This document shows, piece by piece, positions 11,846 through 23,209 of a stretch of 64,000 nucleotides of DNA. The translations under genes and the position numbers were made by a program. The DNA is from Perkinsela sp. CCAP 1560/9 (Eukaryota > Protista > Euglenozoa: Kinetoplastea), in NCBI GenBank assembly GCA_965644495.1, contig CBFFSA010000021.1, positions 62,001 to 126,000 of the forward strand, written 5' to 3'. The first letter of the stretch is position 1; each line of letters opens with the position of its first letter. Below the pieces are notes generated by a model. That model was not told the origin of the DNA, searched no databases, and worked only from the letters and a program-made list of their open reading frames with translations.

Positions 11846-13274
11846 TAATAGAAGAAAAATTTATAAAAGGGGGCTCCGGTGGTCCAAAATTGAAAAAAAT
11901 CGGGGGTCTAGGGGAGGGGTCCAGGGGGGGGGGCATACGTCGCGATTTTTTTTCGAAATCGAGCGCAGGGAAGTGGTAGAGTAGGCTGCGGCGATAATTT
12001 TCCACTCGCCCCCCCTGGTACGCGCAGGAAGGGTCCAACAAGGCCAAAATTTCCGAAATTCTTGGGGTGACCAAAAAAAAAATTATTTTGACCCAAAAAA
12101 AAGAAAAAATATTATTTTTCCAAAATCGACTCCTAAAACGTATTTTAGGAGTTTGGGACCTCAGCTACCATTCTACGACGTTTTTTTCGACAGATTCGCC
12201 TCCTACCCCTACTGGTAAGGCAGCAAAAGTGTCCCAAAAACGGGTTAAAGTTTCGCAATTTTCGCCAAACATCGGGCTTTTTTACCCCAAAAAATAGATT
12301 ATTCATGATATTTTGGCGATGTTTCTTTCAAACGCGGTGGTAGTTTTCAACGCGAAGCGCGCAGCATGAGTGACTTCTAAGTTGAAAACAACCACCGCGT
12401 TTAACGAAGAGCCTAAAAAAGAAAATTTAGCCCGGAAAGCTGAAGGAAACGGAAAGATTATAGCCAAAAATAGCCGATTTGCGGATATTTTTGCGTTTTT
12501 TTACTCTCAGAGCACTAAATCTGCTGTTTACGCGTGGGAAATCACTCGTAGGGATTAAACAAAGCCTACCGAACGTATTGGGTAGAGAATATGACTCCAA
12601 CCATACCATTCTTTCGACACCAAAAGACCCCTTGGGGTCCGAAAAATACTTTTTCACCATTTTTTGGTCAAAAATGGATCATTTTGGGAGGCCTACCACG
12701 GCTCGAAGAAGGGGTATCTTGCGAAAACAAAGGTGTAGCAAAGCTAGTATTTTCGAAATATAATTTTTTCAAAAAAATTTGCTCGACCATGACCCCCCCT
12801 GGAACCCCCCTGGACCCCCCCTGGACCCCCCTTGGGGTCCGAAAAATACTTTTACACCTTTTTTGGTTAAAAATGGGTCATTTTGGGAGGCCTAACACGG
12901 CTCGAAGAAGGGGTATCTTGCGAAAACAAAGGTATAGCAAAGCTAGTATTTTCGAAATATATTTTTTTCAAAAATATTTGCCCGACCATGCACCCCCCCT
13001 GGAACCCCCCTGGACCTCCCCCCTGGACCTCCCCTAGACCCCCCTAGACCCCCCCTAGACCCCCCCTAGACCCCCCCTAGACCCCCCCTAGACCCCCCCT
13101 AGACCCCCCCTAGACCCCCCATTTTTTTCAATTTGTTTTTCAATTTTGGACCACCGGAGCCCCCTTTCTTATTTTTTTCTTCTATTATAGCTGTGTTCCT
13201 CTTTATATTTTCACTGTTTTTGTTCACTTTTTCTATAATTGAGGGTAGAGCGGTAGTTATACAACCACCGCAAT
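11846..13274. mobile_element. Foldback-family copy with long inverted arms
   Basis: The left arm (11846 onwards) is an inverted copy of the family right-end region and is cut by the Tc1 TIR. Hairpin module at 12330-12402, (CCCCCCTAGAC)n at 13000-13120, right end CAACCACCGCAAT at 13274. Confidence 0.75.
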
Positions 13275-13358
13275 AAGGTCTTAGTAGGCAGATAGGGCAT
13301 TAAAATACGAACGTCAGAATATTTTATTCCGTCACATCCTTCTTTCTAATTCCGCTTC

Positions 13359-13690
13359 ATGCCAAGGAAGAATCCTGAAGGGGATCAACAGAGAAAACTT
13401 TGGTTCTCGAGAGACCCTAGAAATCACGTTTTTTGTAGTGTGAAGTATGAAGTGTAGTATTCATAATGAAGTGCAAGTATGAAGGCCAACTTTTTGGACA
13501 CAAGCGCATAAAAACATCTGCGGAGAACTCCCCACTCAGGCCTCATTGAACACGTGAAGTCTGCCCACAGTAACTGTAGAGAAGTTATCACCACCGATGC
13601 GCATCTGCAAGAGATTGAGGCATTCCGGGTAAACGTAGCGCAAACACATGTACGACTTAATGCTGGGTACAGTTTGAGTACAGGTGTCCC
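13359..13690 (+). pseudogene. BED zinc-finger transposase N-terminal remnant
   Basis: MPRK..LWF..HVFCSV/CK ... SGLIEHVKSAH, broken by a short duplication and a frameshift. Confidence 0.35.
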
Positions 13691-14314
13691 AATATTTTTT
13701 ATCCCAAAAAAATAGATATTAAACGTCTAGTTTAAAAAATGAGAATGCGGCTCTGCATGATCATGTCAACGTGCAACTCCATTTAAGCTTTGCAGTTTAT
13801 ACACGAAGACTTCATGGACTTCATGGATGTCCATGAAGACCTACATACTACTTCCAGAATCCTTTAATGTCTCTTACGCATGACGTACATGCGACGTGCT
13901 TCCACTTTATTTAATCTTGTTTGATCTCACCGATGGTACTAACGCGGACCAAAAACCAAAAATTCAAAATCATTAATAATTATTAATAATTGACCCTTTC
14001 TTTTAATAATAATTAATAATAATTATTATGGAAAAAATTATTAATACAGCTATGCCCTCAGACAATATTTTTCCGGAGGTAATGGATGAAGAAAAATCAG
14101 AGGAAAAATCAAGGCTGTTTTGGCGCTCAAGGGAAGATTCCAGGTCGTAGGGAAACCCTTCAGACATGGGAAAGGTGTTTTCAGTAGTAGAAACGTAAAA
14201 GGAAGCTGATAGATAACCACTGTGCTGTTAAACTTTAAGTACATGTAATTTGCGGCGCTTAACATCTCAAAACTAAAAACGGCTTCCTGCTAAAAAAAAT
14301 AACCAATATTATTA

Positions 14315-15415
14315 CTGTCCCCCCCTACTTAAGAGTCCGCGGGGTACCCCCCTACTTAAGAGTCCTTTTTGACGGAGCCTCGGGCTGCCTGCGGCGCGCA
14401 GCGCCGCCAGATCTTTTTTGATTTTCTTTAATTTTTTTTTGTCGTCTGCCCATTGCGTTTAGTTGCGTTTTTAATATTTCCAAGCTATTTATACTTGATG
14501 GTAATCCGAGGAAGGAGCAGACTACGGACATGCATGGTACACAACCATCCTTCTCAACCCCCTTCAACTCTCTCGCGAACTGATCCAAGTTCTCCCCTCC
14601 GATCACTCTCCTCACACGAGAACGGCAAATCTGCCGACCAACCCCCTTCATCTATCTCCCCACCTAACCACGGTAACCTTCCGTTACCCCATTCCGGTAG
14701 CCAACCCCGTTCTCTTCTATCCCAAGTGTACGCAGTATTGCATTACGAATATCATACCTCCTAATATTATATTACCTCCTAATATCATTATATTCTCCTG
14801 CATATCAAGGTCCATTTTCTGAATATTTATGACAGTTTCTTTGAACATGTCTTAGTAGCACGTCGGGTTAACGTCAAAAATTTCCGAAACAGGCTTATTT
14901 CTCACTTAGAAATAAGCTCAAAGGATCCTTACTTGATGTATTTTGCCGAATGCACTCTGCGAATGCCTGGCGAAAATACGTGCGGACTACACGTAATAAA
15001 TAACTTATGTTCTCTATTTGGTGTTGAAAAAGAGTATTTTAGCAGATCAACACTATGCGATGATTGGTCTCCACACCTTAACTAGACAATAATTTTTATC
15101 AAATTCATAAAATTTACCACTCCTGATGTGAGTGCGTAATGGGGAAGTATGGTCAGGACCTCGTGGTCCTCCCTGGCACTGCTATCGTATCGATAGTACA
15201 GACGCCGACCTTCATTAGACAAAAATAGAGAAAAAAAATGGAGAGGAAAACATAGACAAAAAAGGAACCGGCCATGTTGAAATTTTATGAAAAAATGTTG
15301 AACCCCCCACTTAAGAGTCCAGAAAATTGTGACCCCCCCAATTAAGAGTCCAAATGCCAATTAAGAGTCCTCCCGAATTAAGAGTCCAAACGGGCTCTTA
15401 AGTAGGGGGGAGCAG
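14315..15415. mobile_element. Non-autonomous TIR element with TA TSD (Tc1/mariner-type)
   Basis: TA|CTGTCCCCCCCTACTTAAGAG ... CTCTTAAGTAGGGGGGAGCAG|TA, with repeated subterminal TTAAGAGTCC motifs. Confidence 0.75.
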
Positions 15416-15594
15416 TAATATAGGATAACGAGGGAGTAGCATATCCCTCAATAATTATATGAATATCATGATATTTAATATGATAATTTCTATTATTAAT
15501 AGAAATTATTAATAATTAATAACGTTATTGTTAACTTCGGCTATGGTTGCCATTCTATCTGATCATTACTATGACTTCATAAGATCTATCGTGG

Positions 15595-18500
15595 ATGCTG
15601 CATTTGATTTCCGATGTGACTGCAGAACATGTGGAGTATCTTTCCGAGATAGGCCAACGGTACCAAAGAAAATTACCTACTTGTGGGAAGCATCCGCCAC
15701 ACTGTATAGATGAGCCTGTAGGTGAACAACAGACATACTCAGCACTGAGTTCTACCGTGCTCGGGCGCGTCGTGCTGCAGGACTCGAGCCGTGTGCGATG
15801 TGCCAAACTTAAGGATATTCGACACGCAAACGACACGATGTCTCCTTATATAGAAGGAATGCCTAAGATAGATGGCTTACGGATAGGAGTGATAATATAC
15901 TCTGGGCTCCACTTTGGTATTATATGTGAATCCCAAACCGATGAACTGTTCAGCTTCCTTCTTGAAGCAGGTAAAAAAACGTGTTTTTTGTACATATTTG
16001 AAGGACTTACTTCAAAAGTTGAAGCTACCCAGGAAAGGCCGTGTATGGCGAAAGATCTGCTGCTTCCGAACGGCTCAGTAGTATGCTTCTCAACATATGA
16101 AGGCACCCATCTGTGCCAGAAACTCCAATTGGCAGGTTTAAGGTCCGTAGTTACACCGAGTGACACAGCTGGAAAAAAGCTAAATGACTCTTCCAAAGAA
16201 AAAGCCTTTCTTACTACTCTGATGGCTCGTGTGTGTGCTTCTTGGATTCAAGAGTGTGTACATTCTTCGTCGATGATTTCGGATTCCTCGGCGACGAGTC
16301 CTGAGAGTGCGTCAAATGAGGGAGTGCACCCAAAGAATTGCGTAGGGGTCCATCCCTCACCTCATGTAAAAATCTGGTTCGGAAGTCCCCACCCCGATAT
16401 TGTAGCTCTCTCTCTCAAAGAGGTCGGCAACAAGGATATGACGTACACAACATTTTGTGAAGTTTGCCCCTCCGCGTTTGGCACACGCTTACCTCCATGG
16501 TGTAGCGGTAATCAATGCGATAAGTATCATCCGCCCGATCGACTCATTCATATATGGGGTCTAGAAAACGTAGTTCTCGTGGACAAAATCGTTACGGAAA
16601 CAGAGCAACTGGGTTCATTCTTTCCAAATGTCTTACTATTGCAAAAAAATGGGGGAATAGGCACCGGACCTTACCATATGGACCCACAGACTGAAAATGA
16701 CGCGCAAATGGAAGAGAGGCCACGGTACAACAATTTGTCGAATAATAGTAATCCCAACAATGTTATTGTCCCATGTTCAACCTTGGATCGCATTCCACTG
16801 ATACGAATGATGCCAATAGACGCAGAAAAACGAAGCAGGTCTGTCTCGCTGATCAAATTTCATAACATTGAGGAAAATGTTTGCCTTACTGATCCAAAAG
16901 ATCAAAAAAATGAAATTCGCTTGCCTACAACAAATGCTAAGTTAGACTCTACGTACTGTGAGGCTTCACAATTCCGTTTTTCAGCAAATCCTGTGACTTC
17001 TGAAACTTTCGGAAACCGTTTGGTGCGCAGCTCTGCAGATCGCAGATTGTCAAAAGTTGTCTTTCCGAGCTTGCCCAACACGAATGGCAAGAATTCTTCA
17101 AAGGATGAAACAATAAGCAATACCACGTTCGAGGATTCCCCATGCCTGAGTGAGTCTACTTCGAGGAAAGCAAATCGTACTCATCTCGATTTGGTTGCAA
17201 AATCGAGCGATCGCGTAACTACAGTCAGCGATGCCTTAGAGAATGATGTCATCGCCGTTGTATCGACGCCTCATAGTGGTGTACGTAGAGACTCAATGTT
17301 TTCCGAAGAAAGTAGTCCGAAACGAGACACTGTAAAGCTAAATCCCATTGATAAGGATGTAGCGCCTTTATGCAATGATGAAAAGGACGTTGTGGATGAG
17401 ACAATAAACAATACCACGTACGAGGATTCCCCATGCCTGAGTGAGTCTACTTTGAAAAAAACAAATCGTACTCATCTGGATTTGGTTGTAAAATCGAGCG
17501 ATCGCGTAACTACAGTCAGCGATGCCTTAGAGAAAGATGTCATTGCCGTTGTATCGACGCTTCATAGTGATGTACGCAGTGACTCAATGCTTTCCGAAGA
17601 AAGTAGTCCGAAACGAGACACTGTAAAGCTAAATCCCATTGATAAGGATGTAGCGCCTTTATACCATATAGAAAAGGACGAGCGAAGTGCTGTACAACAA
17701 GGGGAATTCTCAACGAATGATTTAGTGACGAGTAGCCCAATCGAAAATTTTACCACTCATTTGGAAGAAAAAGCAACATTGAGAGGTCGGAAAAGGAAGG
17801 AAACGCCTCCAGTTTCACAGTCTTGTGCCACGATTGAAGGAAGTATGACGGTCGGCGAAAGTCCAAAAGAAGTTCCAAAGGAAAGATCACATTTCATGCT
17901 CTTAAGAAACACCTCACGTACTGAGGTAGAAGATTCAACTACTGAGTTGCTTCAAATTTCCCAGCGGAAGACCTCGGAAAGGAAGGTTGAACGACGTCAG
18001 ATAATGCTTTCTGAAACCACGGAAGACGAAGAAGTACTACAGACTCCGAAAAAGCAGAAGATATTAAATTTTTCGTCACCAAATGATGAGAAGAAAGTAA
18101 TGAACGCACAATCGGTCAGACGTACTATGATACGCAAGCATCTGTCCGAACACAACCAAGAGCATTTTATCCCTTTTGACGACGATCTCTGCCGACTTCC
18201 GCAATTATCCAGCACTGTTTTCCTCTGGAGGAATCACTATCTATCGCCGAATCAGTCTTTACACTTGGAACCATTCTTCGACCCTGGAAGAGCCAACCCG
18301 CTTTTGACTTGTCCACAAGATTACGAGAATATTGCCGCACGTGGGAATATTTCCGAATCGAGACCCCGGACGCAGCACTCAACAAAGAAATCCCAATGCC
18401 GAAAGGAATGCGGAAAAATGCCAGTAACAAGGGTTCACAAAGGAAAACTACAACAGACCAACGTACATCTTTGTAGTGCTCGCGAAGTGATTTTGATTAA

Positions 18501-20391
18501 CTATGGATCTTCTGCCTTTTCTGTCTCAAAGGGGGAGGACTCGGCTATACCCTCCTTGGTGCTCCCGAAGGATAAAGAGCTTCGAGATTTTATCTCCCAC
18601 GTTTCCTACTGCTGTGCGATTCCGACTCTAGAGGCCCGAGCTCGTGCACTCGCCGCGGAGGTTTGTCTGCGGCTCGGGGGCAGATCTGACCACAACCCGG
18701 AACAATTTGACGAGGAAGCAGAGCGACACGTTCTTTCCAAACGGATCAATGCTTCTACTGGTGCTCCACGTGCTTGTGTGTCCCTCGGGACGCTTCGCCT
18801 GGGACTCTGTCGTCACCGCACTCTCCTGTTCAAACTCCTCTGTGACCTGTTTGAGGTTCCGTGCTACATGATTCGCGGCGCGGTGCATGAAGGGAACGAT
18901 GCCCCCAACACCACCGCCCCAGACCCCGGCGCCATTCACCACCGACACTCCTGGAACGTGGTCCGCATAAGTGCCGAGGTCGGTCCCCTCCCGCACCGTG
19001 CCCCCTCCCATGACCCTCTCACCGACTGGCGTCTCGTCGACCTCATGCTCCACGGTCCCCAACTCCACCCCCTCTCCACCCTCCCGGAACACTACCTCTT
19101 CCCCCACACCCCTTTCCTGGAGTGGTCCCGTGCCGTGATCGCGGGTCAACCCCTGTCCTCCACCCAACATGCCCTCCCCGCTCGTCTGCCCCAACATATA
19201 CCCCTCCCCCACCCCTCCCCTTTCCGCTCCCTCGCCCCCCTCGCCCTCCTCCCCCACCCCCTCCCCCACAACCGCCCCTCCCCCTCCCCCTCCCCCCTCA
19301 CCCTCGAGCGCCCCTGTGGCTACGGCGTCACCGGGGTAGTCTACAAGGCCTCCCTCTCGGGGTACACCGTCGCGGTGAAGACCATGCGGGCCCCAAGGCG
19401 TTCTACCACGACCCCCCCCTCGCTCCCCCCCGCGCTCCACAACGAGTACCGCTGGCTCCACGCCCTGCGCCACTCCCCCCACGTGATCTCCGTGCTCGGG
19501 GTCCACACCGACGCCACCGCCTCCAGCCTCTACCTCGAGTTCCGCACGCACAGCCTGCTGTGGCTGCTGAACATGCGGCGGGAGGGGCTGGACCTCGGGG
19601 CGGTGCTCGCGGTGGGGCTCGGGGTGGGGGCGGGGCTGGTGGGGCTGCACGGGCTCGGGGGGGTGCACCGGGACGTGAAGGCGGAGAACGTGCTGCTGGA
19701 GGCGTACCCGAGGGAGGTACGGGCGCTGGACCTGCCCCCGGAGGAGGGGGGGTGTGAGATTCGGTGTGTGCAGCTGTGTGATTTTATGGAGGCGTGTGAG
19801 GCGGGGCGGACGCCGGAGATGGATGAGGAGGGATGGGGGAGGGAGGGGAGGGGGGAGGGGGAGGGGGAGCAGGGGGTGCCAGAGAGTTCTCGGGTGACGG
19901 GGAAACGAATGGTGTGTGCGGTGACGGGGACGGAACCGTATATGGCTCCGGAGATTTTGCATAACGCGGGGGTCCAGATGCCGCATTTGGGGAGGAAGGG
20001 GAAGTGTGCGAACCCGGTGGTGTGGCAGCCCTCCGCGGATATCTGGGCCCTTGGCGTGTTGCTCTGTGAGGTGTGTAATCTGGAGCTCACCACCAGTGCC
20101 TCGTTGACGAAGGAAAATGCGCGGGAGGGGGGAAAACGGAGGTCCAAGAATGAACGGTTTGTCGCGCGTACAGTGTCATTCACGCTGGCGAATGGAAAGG
20201 CAAAGTCGATTGTGATTCCACAGCTCCGAGATCCAGATCACTGGCCCCCGATTCTGGTGGAGGTTATAGAAAGATGTCTGGAGCTCAATCCCTCGAAGCG
20301 TATAACGGCGAAAAGGGTGGTATCCCAATTGAAAGTTTTAAAAAGGAAGAGTGCGCTAAATGATGCTACATCGACGGATGTGCCGAGGTAG
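15595..20391 (+). CDS. Ser/Thr protein kinase with EDR1 domain (1598 aa; true start uncertain)
   Basis: EDR1 motif LGTLRLGLCRHRTLLFKLLCD...HSWNVV. Kinase motifs GYGVTGVVY, VAVK, HRDVKAEN, CDFM, GTEPYMAPE and ADIWALG. Confidence 0.9.
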   Translation: MLHLISDVTAEHVEYLSEIGQRYQRKLPTCGKHPPHCIDEPVGEQQTYSALSSTVLGRVVLQDSSRVRCAKLKDIRHANDTMSPYIEGMPKIDGLRIGVIIYSGLHFGIICESQTDELFSFLLEAGKKTCFLYIFEGLTSKVEATQERPCMAKDLLLPNGSVVCFSTYEGTHLCQKLQLAGLRSVVTPSDTAGKKLNDSSKEKAFLTTLMARVCASWIQECVHSSSMISDSSATSPESASNEGVHPKNCVGVHPSPHVKIWFGSPHPDIVALSLKEVGNKDMTYTTFCEVCPSAFGTRLPPWCSGNQCDKYHPPDRLIHIWGLENVVLVDKIVTETEQLGSFFPNVLLLQKNGGIGTGPYHMDPQTENDAQMEERPRYNNLSNNSNPNNVIVPCSTLDRIPLIRMMPIDAEKRSRSVSLIKFHNIEENVCLTDPKDQKNEIRLPTTNAKLDSTYCEASQFRFSANPVTSETFGNRLVRSSADRRLSKVVFPSLPNTNGKNSSKDETISNTTFEDSPCLSESTSRKANRTHLDLVAKSSDRVTTVSDALENDVIAVVSTPHSGVRRDSMFSEESSPKRDTVKLNPIDKDVAPLCNDEKDVVDETINNTTYEDSPCLSESTLKKTNRTHLDLVVKSSDRVTTVSDALEKDVIAVVSTLHSDVRSDSMLSEESSPKRDTVKLNPIDKDVAPLYHIEKDERSAVQQGEFSTNDLVTSSPIENFTTHLEEKATLRGRKRKETPPVSQSCATIEGSMTVGESPKEVPKERSHFMLLRNTSRTEVEDSTTELLQISQRKTSERKVERRQIMLSETTEDEEVLQTPKKQKILNFSSPNDEKKVMNAQSVRRTMIRKHLSEHNQEHFIPFDDDLCRLPQLSSTVFLWRNHYLSPNQSLHLEPFFDPGRANPLLTCPQDYENIAARGNISESRPRTQHSTKKSQCRKECGKMPVTRVHKGKLQQTNVHLCSAREVILINYGSSAFSVSKGEDSAIPSLVLPKDKELRDFISHVSYCCAIPTLEARARALAAEVCLRLGGRSDHNPEQFDEEAERHVLSKRINASTGAPRACVSLGTLRLGLCRHRTLLFKLLCDLFEVPCYMIRGAVHEGNDAPNTTAPDPGAIHHRHSWNVVRISAEVGPLPHRAPSHDPLTDWRLVDLMLHGPQLHPLSTLPEHYLFPHTPFLEWSRAVIAGQPLSSTQHALPARLPQHIPLPHPSPFRSLAPLALLPHPLPHNRPSPSPSPLTLERPCGYGVTGVVYKASLSGYTVAVKTMRAPRRSTTTPPSLPPALHNEYRWLHALRHSPHVISVLGVHTDATASSLYLEFRTHSLLWLLNMRREGLDLGAVLAVGLGVGAGLVGLHGLGGVHRDVKAENVLLEAYPREVRALDLPPEEGGCEIRCVQLCDFMEACEAGRTPEMDEEGWGREGRGEGEGEQGVPESSRVTGKRMVCAVTGTEPYMAPEILHNAGVQMPHLGRKGKCANPVVWQPSADIWALGVLLCEVCNLELTTSASLTKENAREGGKRRSKNERFVARTVSFTLANGKAKSIVIPQLRDPDHWPPILVEVIERCLELNPSKRITAKRVVSQLKVLKRKSALNDATSTDVPR
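17103..17680 (+). repeat. In-frame tandem duplication (period 291 bp, 97 aa) within the kinase
   Basis: DETISNTTFEDSPCLSEST... is repeated starting at 17103 and 17394 with high identity. Confidence 0.92.
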
Positions 20392-20658
20392 TGGGGCTCG
20401 TAGGGGGCTGTGTAGTAGACTGGGGGTTGTGAGTAAACATACGAGACTAGGAGCAGGCTTGTGTAAGCTCCGGTTTCCTGTACTGATCGTAAGAGGCTAA
20501 GGTCGTATGTCCGTCTAAGGTGCTTAATGTTTGTCTAATGTACCGTAATCTATAGCTATCAGATTTTTTCGCGTTTTTTGTTCTACGCGTTACAATATTT
20601 TAGCGCGATTGGTATTCTTAAAAAATCTATGTTTTAATGTTTTGTACATACTTTACGA

Positions 20659-21411
20659 ATGGAATCTACGATTGCCATCAAAAACGCCCACAATGGACTC
20701 TACGAACAACTGGACTCCCTGTCATATGGATTAACGCAACTCGCCTCCGTCGATAAAGGTCGAAAAGGAAAGCGTTTTCGAGAAGAGAACTCGGTGAGTT
20801 CCTCACATGTAGAGGTGATGTCGATGTGCTTCCGTGCACTAGCAACGCAGGGAATGGTTCCATTTGCGCCATCCATTCGCGCGGAGCTCCGTGACTTGTT
20901 TAAAGGCCGAGACATTGATCCGAGTTCGCTTGCGGGTTTTCTTCTTAACGGCACTGGGCTGCACTCTCGTACGCGTCATGAAACAGACTCCACAAAGAAG
21001 CTAAGAAAAGAAAAGCGAGCACTCCTATGTGTGTCTATCACACGTGTACTGTTGTATTACATAAGTGAGTTGCATAGTTGTTACGAAGTTTTTTGTGACC
21101 CCATGAGTGCAGTTCTGGGAACACAAGGCACTGCTAGAGTTAAGACCAATGGTGGTCAAAAAAGACTTGCGATTTGGCACTCCATCCGAACGTTTGCCTC
21201 CGTTGTGCGAAAAACAGAACAAAAATATCTGCAAAGGCATGCTGTGAAGCATCAAACAGAAGTACTTTCAAGCACTACATCTCAATTAAGTATATCCACA
21301 TCCCAAGGTTGGCAACAAATAGAAACTCTGCAAGTCGGTCTAAGATATATTTTGCCGTTCTTAAAACACTTGCCGGACTTTAGCACGCATTTTCCCCAAT
21401 CATTCGTTTGA
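20659..21411 (+). CDS. Hypothetical protein (250 aa)
   Basis: ATG-started ORF, co-oriented with the array, AT-rich flanks. No recognised motif. Confidence 0.7.
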   Translation: MESTIAIKNAHNGLYEQLDSLSYGLTQLASVDKGRKGKRFREENSVSSSHVEVMSMCFRALATQGMVPFAPSIRAELRDLFKGRDIDPSSLAGFLLNGTGLHSRTRHETDSTKKLRKEKRALLCVSITRVLLYYISELHSCYEVFCDPMSAVLGTQGTARVKTNGGQKRLAIWHSIRTFASVVRKTEQKYLQRHAVKHQTEVLSSTTSQLSISTSQGWQQIETLQVGLRYILPFLKHLPDFSTHFPQSFV

Positions 21412-21750
21412 AATTAGAAAAGGGTTCAGAAACACATTAAGATGCCACGAACACATCATACAAGAATTTTGCGAGCTGTATGAAAAGCGAATCCTTTCGT
21501 ACGTTTCACTAATACACTGTACTCTTTTACTAAAATTATTTTAACTGCGTTATTTCTTGCTGTTTATCTTGCCATTGGACATAGTTTTACGTTAATCTTA
21601 CGTTACTTTTACGTAGTTGGTCATCAGTTTCAAGGAAAATAAGGCTTTGACTCCCATAAATACCTTTTACCATTCAATCGTTTAGTAAAGTATCTGAGGT
21701 GTTTTGGATAAAGAGTACTATTCTTTGATCTCATATCCTATTTCCTCATC

Positions 21751-22047
21751 ATGTCCGCAGTCTTAGCGACGCCTGTTTTTGAAATGAACGGAGGCAAACG
21801 ATTAGTACCGGACACCGAAGAAGAGGAGTCCTATCACTATGAAACCGTTGAGCTAGGAGAGATGCAATTCGTAGCTCAACGTGATTTGTTCCGCTATGAG
21901 TGCCCTTGTGGCGATTGGTTTGAAATTAGTGCGGAGGAAATTCTGAATGGAAGCCGTGTGGCTCAGTGCCCGACATGCTCGCTTACGATATGGGTGACAC
22001 CGAGCCGGGATGTCTCGGGATATCTTACATCGTTGGGACGAAGGTGA
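21751..22047 (+). CDS. DPH3: Diphthamide biosynthesis protein 3 / Kti11 (CSL zinc finger)
   Basis: YETVELGEM..FRYECPCGDWFEI..L.NG..VAQCPTCSLTIWV. Confidence 0.95.
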   Translation: MSAVLATPVFEMNGGKRLVPDTEEEESYHYETVELGEMQFVAQRDLFRYECPCGDWFEISAEEILNGSRVAQCPTCSLTIWVTPSRDVSGYLTSLGRR

Positions 22048-22407
22048 ATGACCTTCAAAAATTAACTTTTGATGAAAAATGTATTCAAAAATGTGTTCCG
22101 TATTGGATGATTGAACGTCTGATTCTTTGAATACGTATTCTTGTTAGCGAAGAATGCTCGAAGAATTATTAACAATAAACGAGCCCTTTATACAGCCCTT
22201 TATACAGCCCTCTATACGAGCCCTGTACTAAAATTGTACCAATAGTAATACAGTATTACTAATACTACTATTTCTAGTAAGGATAGTACCGTGCACGCAG
22301 TATTTTTTGCACGTAGTATACACATATCTAAACAGCAAAGTCTACATTTGTAGTTTCACACAAATATTAGATTTGTAGAATTTTCTATTTTTCCTGAAGG
22401 TTTTCTA

Positions 22408-22482
22408 ATGCAACGTGTGTCTACGTTGGACGACACTTCCGATCTGCGTCGAGGTTCAGTTACCTCGTTGCTAATGCCCAAG
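22408..22482 (+). pseudogene. 5' fragment of an LRR-family gene (paralog of 47015)
   Basis: Near-identical to 47015-47090. The upstream region 22151-22250 also matches 45628-45716. Confidence 0.8.
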
Positions 22483-23209
22483 AGGTGTACAACATAACAA
22501 GTACACCTACACACACACATCGGTTGGACTTGAAATTCTCAAGTCTCATCATCATAGCCATCTCATCATGGCTTTAGGAGTAGCCATGCAGAGGGGGAAC
22601 GCTCAGATAGCGAATGCCGCCGTACAAAATTAGTCCTGAAGGGGCGTGCGCTAACTGGGCTTTGGGGATAAAATAAATATAATTACACATAACCCCATAT
22701 GAGGGGCTGCGGGTCGCGGGTTCGGTGCGAGTTCGGCGCGGGTTGAAAAAAAATCTTCTGAAAGCATGCGAAATTAGTCGGAGCTGCAGACATTGAAGGA
22801 GAAAAATAGTTAGATCGAAGGAGAAATCATAATGTGCGACATACATAGTGTACATAATATACGATAATAACAAAAATTTATAAGCCATATATACGATATG
22901 ACTACGTAGTTTACATTTCGCAATTCATGGAAAACGACTAGATACTTAATTTTATTTAGTTTTTGATCCGTACTGTGGTTTCTTGGGAACATATCCCACA
23001 TCGTATATGTGTTCTTTGAGCCAATCCCTCCGTTCATCAATCGGTTTGACTAAACCACACCCTTTGCTACACCAACAAAAAGATGAGTCATCGATATTTT
23101 GTAAGTGTACATTTATTTCACTATCAAAGTCGTATTGGGGTTCTGATGCAAGCAAACCATACACTGCAACAGATACAATCTGAACGACATCCTTTACCCA
23201 CGTAATATC

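Noticed and set aside
18628-19986. Long antisense and alternative-frame ORFs (452 aa here; also 38624-39382 and 40138-41046)
   Set aside because: Shadows of GC-skewed real genes. They are low-complexity with no motifs.
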